Source of the DNA: Oikopleura dioica
Taxonomy: Eukaryota > Animalia > Chordata
NCBI GenBank assembly: GCA_907165135.1
Contig: OU015569.1
Span: 7,812,001 to 7,876,000, forward strand
DNA length: 64,000 nucleotides
Direction of reading: 5' to 3'
The position numbers were made by a program, and so were the translations under genes. The notes beneath the pieces were generated by a model that had not been told where the DNA came from, did not search any database, and saw only the letters and a program-made list of their open reading frames with translations. Each line of letters begins with the position of its first letter. The stretch's first letter is position 1. Below are positions 38,601 through 52,700 of the stretch, piece by piece.

Positions 38601-39323
38601 GCTTACACGGTACTCTTGCTGAAGGCAAGATGAGTCTCAACAATCCCTCTGAAGTGAGAGAAGTCATCTCCTTGGGTAGCGAGTGCTCGATCTACACGAT
38701 CAAGTGTTCGTCGCCCGAGTTTAAGACTGAGTATCAGATTGAGCTCTCATACGTTAGATCCCATCGGGGGGTTTTCATCTCCAATCATATGCTTATAATG
38801 TATAAGGTAGGTCACTATTATAATAATTTATATGTATGTAACAATTAATCAGCTGTCTTGCTCGCAAGAGTATCAAAAGATCTTTGATGATATCGGAGTT
38901 GTATCTTGCGACGACTGTTGTTTCTTCACGCAAACGAAGCTTCCCTACAGTCCTAAACCTCACGAGCAAGAGCAGATAGAAGCAGCGCTTCTGCATGAAT
39001 GTAATAGTCACGCCTTCTTATTATCCATCGGTATGTAAAAGTTTGGAATACTTCTTAGTCTGGCTTATTGTCTTGGCTTATTGTCGAGTTATTGAGAAAC
39101 ATTATTAATGATATTTTCGGATAATAATAACAATCGTTTAGATGAGTTACTAGACGAGGCAAAAAGGATAAAGAAGAAACACTTCCTCGCTGTGCTCAAA
39201 GAAATCGAACAACAAGGCTTCATCCAGAAGATGGCTGAGAAAGATCCCTATGATGTTGATGGGTTGGATCTGAATGGAAACAACAATGGGGAACTCCCGA
39301 TCCCTGATTACTGGATCGAGTAA
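35661..39323 (+). CDS. LOTUS-like + extended Tudor domain protein (TDRD5/TDRD7-like)
   Basis: Pro/Arg-rich disordered N-terminus and a coiled coil. The LOTUS-like segment is KQKLLITLMFNPFGIQMRNLREFYDQFWNENLP...LLSFLQTY (across the intron at ~36912-36952). The Tudor domain is GMPVIACFEEKYWSRAKI...VEVLFVDYGQ...PPLALCY. Some junctions are uncertain. Confidence 0.7.
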
Positions 39324-40064
39324 GAAGCCGACACTACCTTTTTGCCAATTTTAACTTTTTTATTTTTCTCATCTTTCACTGATAAACTTGCGTTTTTTTT
39401 AAATTAATATATATTTATTTGTGCTATATCTAAAATTAACAATATTCATTCGGAAAAGAAATGTATTTCAAGAGTCCAATTCTGCCACAACACTTCATTA
39501 AACGCCAGCGAATTCAGAAAACTGTCAAACAAAGATATACCTATTCAATAAAGTTCCAAAAATAGGCGAATCGCCTATTCAAGTCGCAATTTAAATTCGT
39601 AAAGTTATGCTGTTGAGTGTATTTTACGATATCTTGTGTCGAAGAAGTTATATTTGATAATTATCTACAGAATAAATAGAATAGATATCTAGGTTACTTG
39701 CAGGCTGAGCAATCTGACGTAAGTGACACGGCTACTGTTCCACTTTCTGGACGAGCTTGAGTCAAGCTGCTTGAATTCCATCGGCAACAACGTTTCTTCC
39801 CTAGACCGCTCTGTGAAAATTAGAGAGGTTATCATTCGAGCCATTCAATATCTCGAGAATCTGGGCGTGTGTTTTGGGTAAGAGACTAGCTGGGGGTTCC
39901 GTTAGGGGTGAGGATCTGCTCGAATTTGAATGAAGAATTTCCAGGTGGAACGTAAAAATCCCACTACTCTCTTCTGTCGTTTTTAACATCTTTTCAAAAT
40001 GGCCACATAAACAGTGTTGTCTTATGCTCACAGAGTGCGAAAAACTTAGATTAAAGCAAAGAGA

Positions 40065-41731
40065 ATGCTTAGAAAAGTTGAAGATCGGAATATCATTCTT
40101 CTTGGTCTTGGTTTTTTGTTTGTATACACGGCTTATCAGGAAAATTAGAGAGAAGCTAGATAGACTGAAATTAGATTGAAAACTGTCCATTTTTTCAATT
40201 TGAAAAGACAACGGCAGCAGTTTCTGAGGTTGTTCTGGATTCCTATAATAAAAACAATGAAGGTACTCACTGAAATAATTCTGCAATTCAATTATCAAAG
40301 CACACATCTCTGGATATGTTGGAATGGCTCTTAATTACGCGGGGACGACCTTGATGGCGCTCTTTGTGCCAGGCTTTTTACTTTTCCTGAGTCAAAAATC
40401 CTCGGTTATTCTTGGCTCAGTGCTATCGGTGATGATGGCGGGAAGTTACATTTACCCCACTCCGATCTCGATTTACCTGTTTTCATTTATTTCCGGTGTT
40501 GGCGGGGCCTTCATTTGGGTCGGCCAGGGTGCAATCGTGATTTCTAATTCAAGTATTATCTCGAAATTAAAATAAGCCTGATCAAATTTAAGATAACACA
40601 ACAATTGACAGAAACACTTCTGTTTTTTGGCTTCTTTACCAGCTATCACAGGTTTCTTTATTGAGATTCGAAAGTTATATTTTCCCTTAGTTTGGTGGAA
40701 CATTATACGTATTTTTTGCATGGCAAGGAAAGGAATTCGTTGATACACATGAACGGGTCGTTTTGTTTATACTGCTTGTTGGAATAGGCACCATTGGAAT
40801 TTTGGCTTTATGTTTCATAAAAACCATCACTGGTAAATATACAAGTCTCCTGGCTTTCAATCTAATCCTTAGCAGTTACGCCGGAAAATTGCATCGACAC
40901 GTCAACTTTAACGGCGAGCCAAAAGTTGAGACATCTGTTCGGCGGCATAAAAGAATCCTTCCGATTCTGGTACTCATACCACTTTGGCATGCTTTTCCTC
41001 ATTACTTGTTACATTGGTTTCGAACTCGCATTTTTTCAAACTATTTTTCCGACAGCTGTAGCTAATACAAAACAACTTGGTGCAGATTCGGACAGACTTA
41101 CTGGACTTATTGTTGTCTTCGTTGGAATCGGCGAAGTTACGGGCTCCTTTCTCTCTGGACTCGCATCAAATATTGAGAAAATTCGACGTGGGCCTATTGC
41201 CGCTTTTGGACTCATTATCGAAGGACCGTGTTGTGATAAGATGTGAACATTCAATTCCGAGCGTATTTAGCTCAGAGTAAAAAGCTCAAGACAACGTCGA
41301 AAAAGTATTTGCATTCCTCATAATTCTGCTGAACATTCCCTCTGATGCTGTCATCGAACCCGTTGAAACGATCGCTTTCATAGAGCCAATAGATCGGGTT
41401 TACTTGGTTATTTGTAGTACTCAAATAAGCTATAAGAATCCTTGACTCAGTGGAACTTCTCTACCTGGCAGCATTCATCATCGGCTTTGGCGATGCGTTG
41501 CTCAATGCACAACTCATGAACTTTATCAAAGCTACAACAGAAACTGACCGCGAAGCTGCTGCTGCTTTCATGCTTTTCAATTTCGCTGAGTCTGGTGTAG
41601 CTACGCTAGTATTCTTTATAGGCGATAGTATTAATCTTCATATACAGCTCCTTCTCCTTATGATTCTCCTCGTCGTCTGTTTATTTTGTTTTTTAAAGCT
41701 AGATTTGGACGTTCGAAGGAATCGGTTTTAA
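40065..41731 (+). CDS. MFSD11: UNC93-like MFS transporter
   Basis: Spliced N-terminus MLRKVEDRNIILLGLGFLFVYTAYQTTAAV...SGYVGMALNY, then IWVGQG, IDRNTSVFWLLYQ, YIGFELAFF, LNIPSDA and GFGDALLNAQ align with MFSD11/UNC93. Confidence 0.85.
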
Positions 41732-41995
41732 AGAAATGCTGTCGCTTTTTATAAAGCATTCCACGAAACCGAAAAAGAGGGAGATTTAATTTCAGTAAAA
41801 TTCTATAAGATATTGTTACGTGTTCTGGTGTTCCTTTTCAACTTTATTCGTTCTGAATAGAATATTCATACTGAAGTCAATAAACTTTCAGAAAATTTCG
41901 ACCATTTTTTGATGATCTATTCTTCTGTTCCTTCCACCATATCGATAAAGAAAGTATCGCACTAGAATACATTTAAATGTGCAATACAAAATGGC

Positions 41996-42429
41996 TCAAA
42001 CAAGAGACGATATTTCTGAAACAGTCAAAATTTCCCAGAAGCATCGCAATGTGAAAAGATCGTCCGTGATCGCCTTGAAATACTGAATTCCATCATTTCC
42101 TAATTGCTGAAAGAGTTTTTGCAAGAACTTCTTATAACCAAAAATAATCAATTTCTTGCCACAACTTTCCTCGAGTTCATCCTGGTCTTGCTTTTTCATT
42201 CTTCCATTACTACTTCGATACGCCGTTTCTCCGGAATCTCGCTTCACCATAACCTAGTTTTAATAGGTTAATTTTCTCTAGAATACAATTGTTTGTTTTT
42301 TCACTAATTCACGTAGTTTCGATAATTTTGCGGAACCTTTGTATGATCGCCTCCGTTGAGCTGTCGAGCATTATTCAGGAGGAATAGTTTCCGATCAGCT
42401 TGAGAAATCAAAGGGTCAGGAATGGCCAT
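41996..42429 (-). CDS. Small two-exon orphan ORF (~115 aa)
   Basis: ATG at 42429 (MAIPDPLISQADRKLFLL...DHTK), a phase-0 GT-AG intron, then VMVKRDSGE...ISSLV stop at 41996. No homology recognised. Confidence 0.35.
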
Positions 42430-43744
42430 AGAAATTGATACTTTCAAACCGGGCAAATATTATCACTTAATTTTACACTTCAATATGGCTTCTTGTGATT
42501 CCTACTAATAAAGCCAAAAGTGCCCGCTTTCCTAAAAAAGAAAAAAACTTCATCATGCAACACTGGTATCTTGTCAGCCTCGCATGCGGGATTTATACGC
42601 TTGCCTGACAGGTATTCTTTTGACGGGGATGATTGTGTAGAAATCGGACGTTATTATCTTTACCACTATACAGTTCTTTCTACGACTCTTCTGGTTTTAA
42701 TCAACTGAATATGATATGAACCTGCATGAACGAAATGCAAGAAAAAATCGCGAATCTGTTTATATAAGAAATTGATTTTATTCAGGTTTTTGGTGAGGTA
42801 TCAGTTGGTTTCACAGTGGATTGATGATTGAGATTCTGATTTGACAGTAATGACAGCAACAAGTTCCTTTGCAGGAACAAGAAGAAAATTGGAAATCCTC
42901 TTCATAATTTCTCTGAACTTTTTCAACAAATCGAAACCGGGTTCAGAAACCGGTTCGCTCATTTCTGAAAGTCTTCAGCTGCGGGGTTTCTGCTGAGTCT
43001 TGATTTTGACTAAAAATTATTTTTAAGTAGAGTTTCAATTGCGTTAATGCTGACTTACTTTTTAAGATGCCGTGTCGGACCTTCTCAGATTCAGTAGAAT
43101 ACTGACTGACTGCTATGTGGCGTGACGCCCTCTCAACAACATGAGTTCTAGAGACAACGTAAATCTCAAACTGCGGTTCTGTTGACTCATATCAAAATCG
43201 GTCTTCTCGAAAGTGAACATATTTTAAGAAAAACGATTTACTGAAGTGTATCGTATAAAAATTTTTCCTTCATTATATAATGCCGGAAACTTCTAGTAAC
43301 CTGGATTTATTGCTTAGGAATCCGCAGCATTAGAATTGGCGTGAAATTTGCGGATCGCCTCGTTCCACCATTATATTCATCAAGCGATAATTTAGTCTTT
43401 GCCTGTCGCTTGTAGGGGAAATTCAACCGTTAACGCCATCGAGTGGCGCCATTTCCTCCTGGAGATTTAATCAATCTCCCGCTGAGAGTGATATCGGCAA
43501 TTTAAATAGCGATTTCGATTTTTTTTCTTGCAGAGATTGAAACAGAAGATCGAATGTACTGAAGATAGGCGTCATTATTGCAACTCGCATGGGAGTTGAT
43601 ACGTTAGGCAAATTGCACTTTAGACGTCTTTTTACCTTTTTCTTGGCATTTAACTTTATTCATGAAGGATCGGTTTATTCTTTTCAGAGTTATTAAGGAA
43701 GTTAAATAATATTGGCTTTTCTCGTCAAAATTAACCATAAAAAG

Positions 43745-46700
43745 CTAATGGTTCAACTGAGCTTGCCAGCTGGTCTACGGGGCTAAAAAGGTTCGCCGCC
43801 GCACGTCAAGTAGACTGTCTTGTCTGTGGAACAAACAGTGAATGCATAGGCAACCATTGCCAGTGCGCCAATGGATATACTGGAGATCAGCCTCTAGACT
43901 GTTTTCGGTCAAAAACTTGAATCAGAGACCTGATGTGCTCTTACCGATTTATCACGAGCCACCAGAGACAGATAGCTATCGAACTTGTATCTCACAAACG
44001 TGGAAGAAAATTGCAGATGTGGGCTCCCGTGGATACGCCATTGTTGATCCCTTTTTAGCTGCAAGTGTCGACGATTACCGCTCTTGCTTAGGCTTGTTAA
44101 GAGACTCCTCAGTAACGATTTATCTACGTGTTTCTATGGAATTCGGCTTTGTCGATCCTCGCTCGAAAATCAATGATCTCTGGGAAATCTATGAAGCTTA
44201 TGTGGATGGGTTCTATTTAGATTCACCGCCTAGTGACTTGTCAGAGTCGCTGGTTAGGGACTCTATTTATACTATCAAAACGATGAAAAGGTCGCTCAAA
44301 GCAGCGATCTCCGCTTCTGACGCAACATGGGACGCCAAGAAATTTTTTGAGAGCTTTTTAAGATAATTGTATTTGCCATAAAAATCATGTCAAAAATAAC
44401 TTACAGCTATTAAATCATCCGAATGCAAACTATCGTGCGGACTTCGTCGTCGTTTTCGAAGGATCTTATGCGAGATGGTCCGAAGCTTGTGGAACCCTTG
44501 GAGTGGGGCCTTATTGCAGAGCCAAAAACAGCTTCAAGCCGACTTTTGAAATAATCATGAGGAGAATAGCTCGTGGGCAGGCTCAACGTTCACAATTCGC
44601 TTCAATTATATACGATGTCAAACCTGCAGAAATGAAAGAACTTCTTTCTACGGCGAATTCTCAGGGATCAGGCATCTTATCCGTCAGTAATTTCGACAGC
44701 GCTGAAACCAATCGTCATGGCCCGTCTTACTGGGATTTTATGCTTCTGAATTTCTTACAAGACGAAGAGTGTGGATGTGTCGATGTAAACGAATGCGAAA
44801 TTAATGGACACAACTGCCATTTTCTTGCGGCTTGTGACAACACGATCGGCTCGTTTGCCTGTCGCTGCCCTGAAGGAATGATTGGCGATGGAGTCGATGA
44901 GGATGGTTGCATTCCAGATCCATGTGCAAAATGTGTGGAGGGAACAACTTGCTCTGCTGAGGGGAGCTGCATCTGCGACGAAGGTACTTTCGGAACAGGC
45001 TTGAAGTGCGATAAAAGTGACTCTATTTTTCCATTAAATCGACCAAAATCATTTGGCGACGAAGAGAACTGCGAAGACCCTTTCTGGATAGCCGCTGGAA
45101 ACCTAGCCCTAGAAGATATTCCAACAACGGTATTGGTTGATCTGAATGTCAATGCATTAGATCAGTACGCCAAATGTCTCCAGCTTCTTAAAGAAAATGG
45201 TGTGAAAATATATCACGATGAATCGCTCTGGAACGGATTCAAAGCATTCAACATAATTGCGTCAAAGCTTGAGCGAGTTCTGGCCACTTATGGTGACTTC
45301 ATTGACGGCATCTACTTGTCAAATGCGCCAAATAACCAGTTCGATCAATATGGCGGCGTAGATATGTTTGCTAAACTGGTGAATATGATCAAACTGCGAA
45401 ATCTTGGCGTGATTGTCGACGTCAGAAAACAAAAAGAAGCTGTCAAGCTGTTATCAGGATCGCTCAAAACAACAATTGGAAACCCCATTCCAGCAGCTGA
45501 TAAAGTAATTCTCTTCTTTGCAAACTTTAATGGAAGGTGTCCGATACATTTAACAAGAGTTTGAGCATTCAAACTACTTGGTATTTATCTTACGGCTATC
45601 CTATGTTAAATCATGTTTATGACACCGAAAAGATTGGATAATAAGTTGCGAACAGAAAACGGAAGGCGTTTTCTGTGATAGCGATTCTGAACTAATGCCC
45701 GCGATCGCACGTGGATTAATTTCAAAAACTCAGCTAGCTGGCATATTTTATTCGGTTTTGCCATCTGATACGGAAAGAGTTTTTAGGGCAGCTCAAGCTA
45801 AAAACATCGGATCAATCTTCGTCTCCTCGGCGGATATAAACGCGGGAAACAAAGCAGACTTCGATGATCAAATGGCTATGGAGTTGACTTACTCTCTGAA
45901 GGGACTTTGGCCTAAATGTGGATGCTATGACCATGATGAATGCTCTGTGGAAGACACAGACGAAGCAATTTGTCAGAGTGAGGAGGAGATTTGTGTCAAT
46001 ACTGATGGATCCTACACGTGCATTAATCCTTCAACTGCTCTTGGTTTATCTGGTCGAGCTCGCGCCATCGGTTGTTTCGATACTTGTGACGAAAAAGCGG
46101 AGTGTATTTTGGGAGCATGTCGGTGCAAACCAGGATTCGATGGAAATGGCCAAGGTTAGGGTGAACAATCTCATTTTTAAGCTTAGATTATCCAAGTTGG
46201 ATATATGCAACAATACGACGTGTATTTAGGAATAATTAATATATCTAAATACAAAGTCTTTGCGGTCAAAAATTGATAAATGCTAAGTTATTGCCCCTAA
46301 AAAGACTGCAATGCGCCAAAAAATGATAAGAAATTTATTATACCAATACGTCAACGACCAACGATCCGTGGCGGTCGGTGCGTGGATGCGTATTGGAACG
46401 AAATCTCCACAATGAAGGATGCTGTTGTTGTCCTTGAAATTTACTCCACGAAATGGATGCCCTGCATTGAATTGTTGAATAAAGAAGGAATCACACTTTA
46501 TGCAAAGATTGACGCAAAAGGAGGCAGCATGGATGATCCTGTCAGCGCCATAACAAAGAAATTTAACAACCTAAAGAGGGTATTTAATGGAAAAGTTAAT
46601 CCATATTTGACGAATCCAGGAAGAACATTTGAAACAAACTGGGTCTACGAGGCAATGGAAAACGCTCGCAATCAGAATTTAAAACTTGGGATTCAAGCAT

Positions 46701-49700
46701 CAGATGCCGAATGGTCGATTGAATGCGTGATTAAAAAGAAAATAGATCTCGTTGTGGTCTTCAAAGAACCAGTGAAAAAATTTACCCAGAGCTGTGGAGA
46801 AGGCGGCCCAGGACCATTTTGCGCGACGAGAGCAGCTAGAAATTTGATTTCTGAAATGGTTATAGCTTTGAATCAAGGAAAGCTAAATAAAGATGTCTTC
46901 GCCATCATTGCATACAATGCGAATGTGCGTGATGTCAAATCTGTGCTGGCTCTTTCCGAAACATTCAAAATCGACAGGGTTTGGCTAACAGAACGGCCTT
47001 TTTACTCGACAGTCCGCCCACGACTTTTAGATGCAGTTAAAAGAAGTGTTGCAAATGGAAAAGCAATCGATCAGTCAAGATGTGGTTGCAAAGATATTGA
47101 TGAGTGCCAGAAGGATATTTGTCATTCGAATGCAGTTTGCCAAAACACTGAGGGCTCCTTTGAATGCTCCTGTGGCTCTGGATTTGATGGTGATGGCCGC
47201 GTTTGCTTGACAATAAATGAATGCACTAAAGGAACACACGAGTGCTCGCCAAATGCAGACTGTCTTGATACAGTGGACGGATTCATCTGCGCGTGCGCCT
47301 CTGGTTTTGATGGGAACGGTAAAGTCTGCCAGGACGTCGACGAATGCGCAGAAAATAAAAACATTTGTGGCGAGAATTCAATCTGCACGAACACTCAAGG
47401 CAGCTTCAGATGCGAATGCGCATCTGGATTCGAGTCAAAAAATGATCAGTGTGTCGACGTTGATGAGTGTGCGCACTCCTTGCATAACTGCGCCGCCCAA
47501 TCTTTCTGTGAAAACACGGCTGGCAGTTTCATTTGCTCATGTAAAGAAGGTTTTGTCGGTTCCGGCATTGTTTGTAATGATATTGACGAATGTACAAGCG
47601 AAAATGCTTGTGCGGAAAATGCTCTCTGCACGAACAGTTTTGGAAGCTTTACATGCACATGTGCGCGAGGATTCGAAGGCGACGGTAAAACTCAATGCTT
47701 TAAAAATACTTGCAAGGAATGCAGCAGTGGAGCCATATGCAGTTCCACAAGCGAAGGATGTATTTGCCCCCCTGGAACCCGTGGTCCCGCTACGAAATGC
47801 GAGGAGCAAAAACTTATTATTCCTATTCGTTCCATCCCTCTTGTCTCACTCAAAGCGGGTAAATGTATAGACGAGTGGTGGGCGGAAATCGCAGCTCTAG
47901 GGAAGCGAGCTACTGTGTTACTTGTGTTTCCCGCGCGTACATGGCTACCTTGTATACGATTATTGCGCGATAATGGTGTGGATGTCTATCAACAGGTTAA
48001 CGCTAGAAAAAGTCTTTTTTCAAATATGAAAAGGTACAGAGGTATTCATAACTACAGTTAAGCTTGTTTTATCTTGTCTAGATATCTGACGAAGCAAGTT
48101 CAGCAGATAACTAGTGAATTCGGAGGAAAAGTAAACGGCGCATATTTTATGAATCCTGGCGCGAAAGGCTTCTCACAGGATCACTTTACTTCAGCGTTTG
48201 ATGAAGCTCGCCGTGCAGAATTGAAAGTAGGCCTACAACTCGCAGGTATTCAGTTCGACGCGAATACAGTGGCGGCAACTGATCTCTCAGTCGTCTTTAT
48301 CGGACACTTTAATGAGATGAGTACCAACTGTGGCGTACACGGGAAAGGTCCATTTTGTGGCGCGAAGACTAGAACATCGCAGACCATGTCAATCAAGCAA
48401 AATATCGCTAATGGAGTCTATGGTCCCGAGAAGATCGGAGCCATAGTGTTCAATGTCCCCCGGCGACATCTTGAAAATGTGTTTTCCCTGGCAGAAGGAG
48501 ATGACGTTGGATCAGTTTATGCGTCAGATTTTGGAAAAACAAGCGAGAAGAAACCTTCTTACTGGGAAGATCTCGCAAAAGGACAAATTGGAGCAAAGGG
48601 AAATCAAGACTGCGGGTGCAAAGACATCAACGAATGCGAAGAAACTCCAGATATTTGTGGATTAGAGGGATCATGTGAAAACATTGACAGCGAAGGTTAC
48701 AACTGTCAGTGTATCGATGGATTTACATTCAACGGAGAAACTTGTGTAGATTTCGATGAATGTCTCAGTGCAGTTTGCGATGAGAATGCAACATGTGAGA
48801 ATATGAATGGCGGATTTTCTTGTAAATGCGTTGATGGATTTGTCGGGGATGGTTTAACTTGCACTGATCTCAACGAGTGTGCTCTGGAAAATATTTGCGA
48901 TGAAAATGCCACCTGTGAGAATTTCGAGGGTGGGCATAGCTGTATCTGCAAACCTGGATTTTCTGGGGACGGAACATCCTGCGCGGATATCGATGAATGC
49001 ACTGCGGAGCCTTGTCCGGAAAACTCGAGTTGTGAGAATACGAGCGGATCATTTTCTTGTCAATGTCTTTCTGGTTACAAAATGAACCAAGGAGAATGCG
49101 TGAATGTTGATGAATGCGCGACTGGCATTCATAACTGCCATGAAATGGCTGACTGCGTGGATACAGATGGGTCCTTTGCCTGCTCATGTCGTCGCGGCTT
49201 CTCTGGCGATGGTGCAACATGTCAGCGACAACTGTGCACTCTATGTGCAGCCGGGTCTACTTGCACTGGCTCGGAATGCACTTGCTCTTCGGGTTTTAGT
49301 GGAAACGGCATCGCTTGCACAAGCTCTACATCTGCTGTGGTTCCAATAAACACACCGCCGATCATAAGTCCTAGAACAAGCGAGTGCATCGATCCCCTAT
49401 GGTCGGACATTGCTAAAGAACTGATGATCGAGCGAAAAGTTATACTCGATGGCGCTTCTGTAGGATGGGTTCCTTGCATTAAGCTTCTTACCCAGGCTTT
49501 TGCGGAAGTATATGCCACTGTCCATGTTAAACGCGTTGATTTATCAGACAACAAAAACATTCTGTCTCAAATCCAGGAGCTTATCGCTTTTGGCGACGCG
49601 TTGACCGGAATCCATTTCCAAACTGACGAGATTCTTACTTATGCCCTTGAAGAGTGGTCAGGATTATTTGATTTATGTCGAATAGCTGGGCTCAAAATTT

Positions 49701-52700
49701 CCATCGACGGATACAGGCATCGGGTCTAAAATGAAAGATCAGATTCAGTTAGAAGCGTTTTAAAACCGATAAAGCAACAACTGGGACATTCGATTTGCAA
49801 CAGAAGTTGATTTTATTGTTATTTTCGATGCGCCAGTGGCGGAGTTTGGTCTCAATTGTTTTGCAGGACATTCCCGAGGACCATTCTGTCGACAAAATCA
49901 AATCACCAAAGAAGAATTGAAAAAGATTGAAAATGCGGTAGAGATCGGACTATTTTCAAGGTCGAAATTCGGTGCAATAATCAGGTACTAGTTCAAAATC
50001 AAAGATACTTTCCTAAAAGATCTAGGAAAAGATCTGAATCAAATACTAAGCGGAGTGATATTCTCGATAGAAAGTTGGAAAGTGAAATGACCAAAAATGG
50101 GCAATGACTGACATATCTTTAGAAACGTCCCGGAGCGGCTGGTGAGTCAAGTAATCGCAGATGCTGAAAAGTCTGTCGCTGGGAGTTTGTTTGTGACTTC
50201 CCATGGGCTGCGTGCTGCCACGTTTCAGCTTCCGGAGTATTGGCCTGACTTTTTAGAAGAAGTTAAAAGAATTAACACCCAGAGGAAAACAAGTTCATGT
50301 GGCTGCCACGAAATTGATGAATGCGATAGCAATCCGTGCCCACTAAACTCCAAGGTAGAAGGACCATTTTTTCACTGTCACAGAATCTTCGCATAGTGCT
50401 CGAATAATGTTGGTAGCTTTGATTGTGTTTGCGATGAAGGTTTTGCCTTGACGCCGGATGGTCTTTGTCGGGATCTGGATGAGTGCTCACTTGGTAAGCA
50501 TTCAAGATTCTCAAATAAGAGAATCCTTGAGCAGTTACAATTACTTTTTAAAATTCTAGGACTCCATGATTGCTCCGCTAACGGCGAATGTGTTAACTTG
50601 TCGCCAGGTTTCCAGTGTTCATGTCTACCCGGATTCGAAGGAGACGGCAAAAGCTGTGTGGATATTGAAGAATGTGAGCGCCAAATTCACAGGGAATTTT
50701 TACAATCGAAAATTATTTTTTAATTATTATCAAATTATTTTTGAACTTTTAATTCTTTTTTACATATGACTCATATGAGTGCAGTCTTCAAAATAACCAA
50801 TTTTGCAAAAGTGATTGTATAAATACGGAAAGTTGCTCGGAAAACGCGGATTGTCAAAACACCTTGGGAAGTTACACGTGCTCTTGTGAAACTGGATTCA
50901 CTGGAACCGGTGAAAGTTGTGAGGACGTGGATGAGTGCGCAATACTCGATTCCATTTGCTAGGGCTTTTTTCCATATTAATGAAATACTATGACCGGATA
51001 GCTAAAAGAAATCAATTAATCTTTACTGTGAAAAGTTTATACTAATATTTGTAATATTAAAGATTTATCATCGACTATAAAAATGAAAAAAATGGGTGAA
51101 ATAATTCCACTTCCCTCTAGTGAAGCCCATTCCAGTGCGTCAAATGGAGCCTGTCTGAATACGGAAGGTAGCTTCTTATGCTTTTGCCTCCCTGGGTTTA
51201 GCGGAAATGGTCTCGAAGAATGTGATGACGTTGACGAATGCTCAAGCCAGAGTTTTCTCAAGCACATGCATTCAAACAATAATTATTTTAAAAATATTCA
51301 ACTATTTAAAACTGACGGTTCTTAGAAAACTCTAATGAAGTGGAGCTCATCTTTGCCACTCTATGAGCATTTGTCAAAACACGCCAGGGTCCTACTCTTG
51401 TCAATGTGCTTTTGGCTGGAGTGGAAACGGTCGCCAGTGTGAGGAGGACATTTGTCAACTTTGTGACGCCAGTGCTTCTTGTCAAGATGGAGACTGCTCT
51501 TGTTCACCAGGATTTTCTGGCTCAGGCTATACCTGTCCGACAGCCGTAAATCCCGTTCCCATTTCGAGCTCGCCGAAAATCGAAGACAATCTCTGTGCTG
51601 ACAGTTAGTGGTTACTCACAAAAATCTATAATTTTTTTTATTTTTTTCATCAAAACTTTTTGATATCACTGTCGAGAGTTATTGGAAAAATGTCTCTAAA
51701 AAACAAGGCATTGCATTTATACTACGAAATATGGACAAATCTTGGATACCCTGTATTACCTTGGTAAGAAGTGAAGGTGCGATTGTTCTTGGCTCAACCG
51801 ATACTATGGATGTGAAAGTTGCAGAAGAACTCGCTTCTGAGTTGGAACTTGATGGCTTCTATTTTGAATTCGACGATTATAGGAACGATAAAGCTCTCGA
51901 AATCTTCCGAGAATTAAAAAATAGCGGCCATTTCATCGCTATAAATGGCCATGGACGCGCCTGGGACATCACCACTTTACTGAGTATCGATTTGGTGATC
52001 ACCTTCAGTGGAAGTGAGTTCGACTTCCGTCACAACTGTATTTTTGATCTCTGCATCGAAGACGAAGATACTCTTAGCGAAATTCTTACTGCTATTGACA
52101 GAAAATTCATCTCGCGGACCCGATTTGGAACAATTATTCACGAAGCAGATGGGACAAACATAAACTCATTATTCGAAAATGTACTGCGATTCCGCTCTCC
52201 GCGTTCCATCTTTGTGTCAGACAAATTGCCGACAGAATATTCTGACATCATCGACGAATCAGTTCGACTTAATAATGAGATGCTGGCGTTTACTGCGCAG
52301 GAGGTAGACTTCTCCGACTGTGGCTGCAAAGATATAAACGAATGCGTCACAATGGTCAAGCCGTGCCCAGATGATTCTACATGCACAAATATGAACGGGG
52401 GTTTCCGCTGTAGCTGTAATGAGGGATACGTTGATTCAATTGATACATCTGGCAATTTCATGTGCAAAGATGTTGACGAGTGTCAAGATAAAAATATCTG
52501 CGCTAGGCATTCGTCTTGTATTAATAAAAAGGCTCGTTTTCTTGTGAGTGCGATGCTGGATTCAGACCAGGACCCCTTGGTGTGTGCTTGGACATTGATG
52601 AGTGCCAAGAACAATTGGACAAATGCGATATTATGTCCACCTGTATTAATATCGAAGGACATTACGCATGTTCCTGCATTGATGGTTTCGAAGGCGACGG

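Noticed and set aside
39801-40307. 168-aa minus-strand ORF
   Set aside because: It overlaps MFSD11 exons 1-2 and AT-rich introns in antisense, has low-complexity Phe/Ser/Leu composition and starts at a non-ATG codon.
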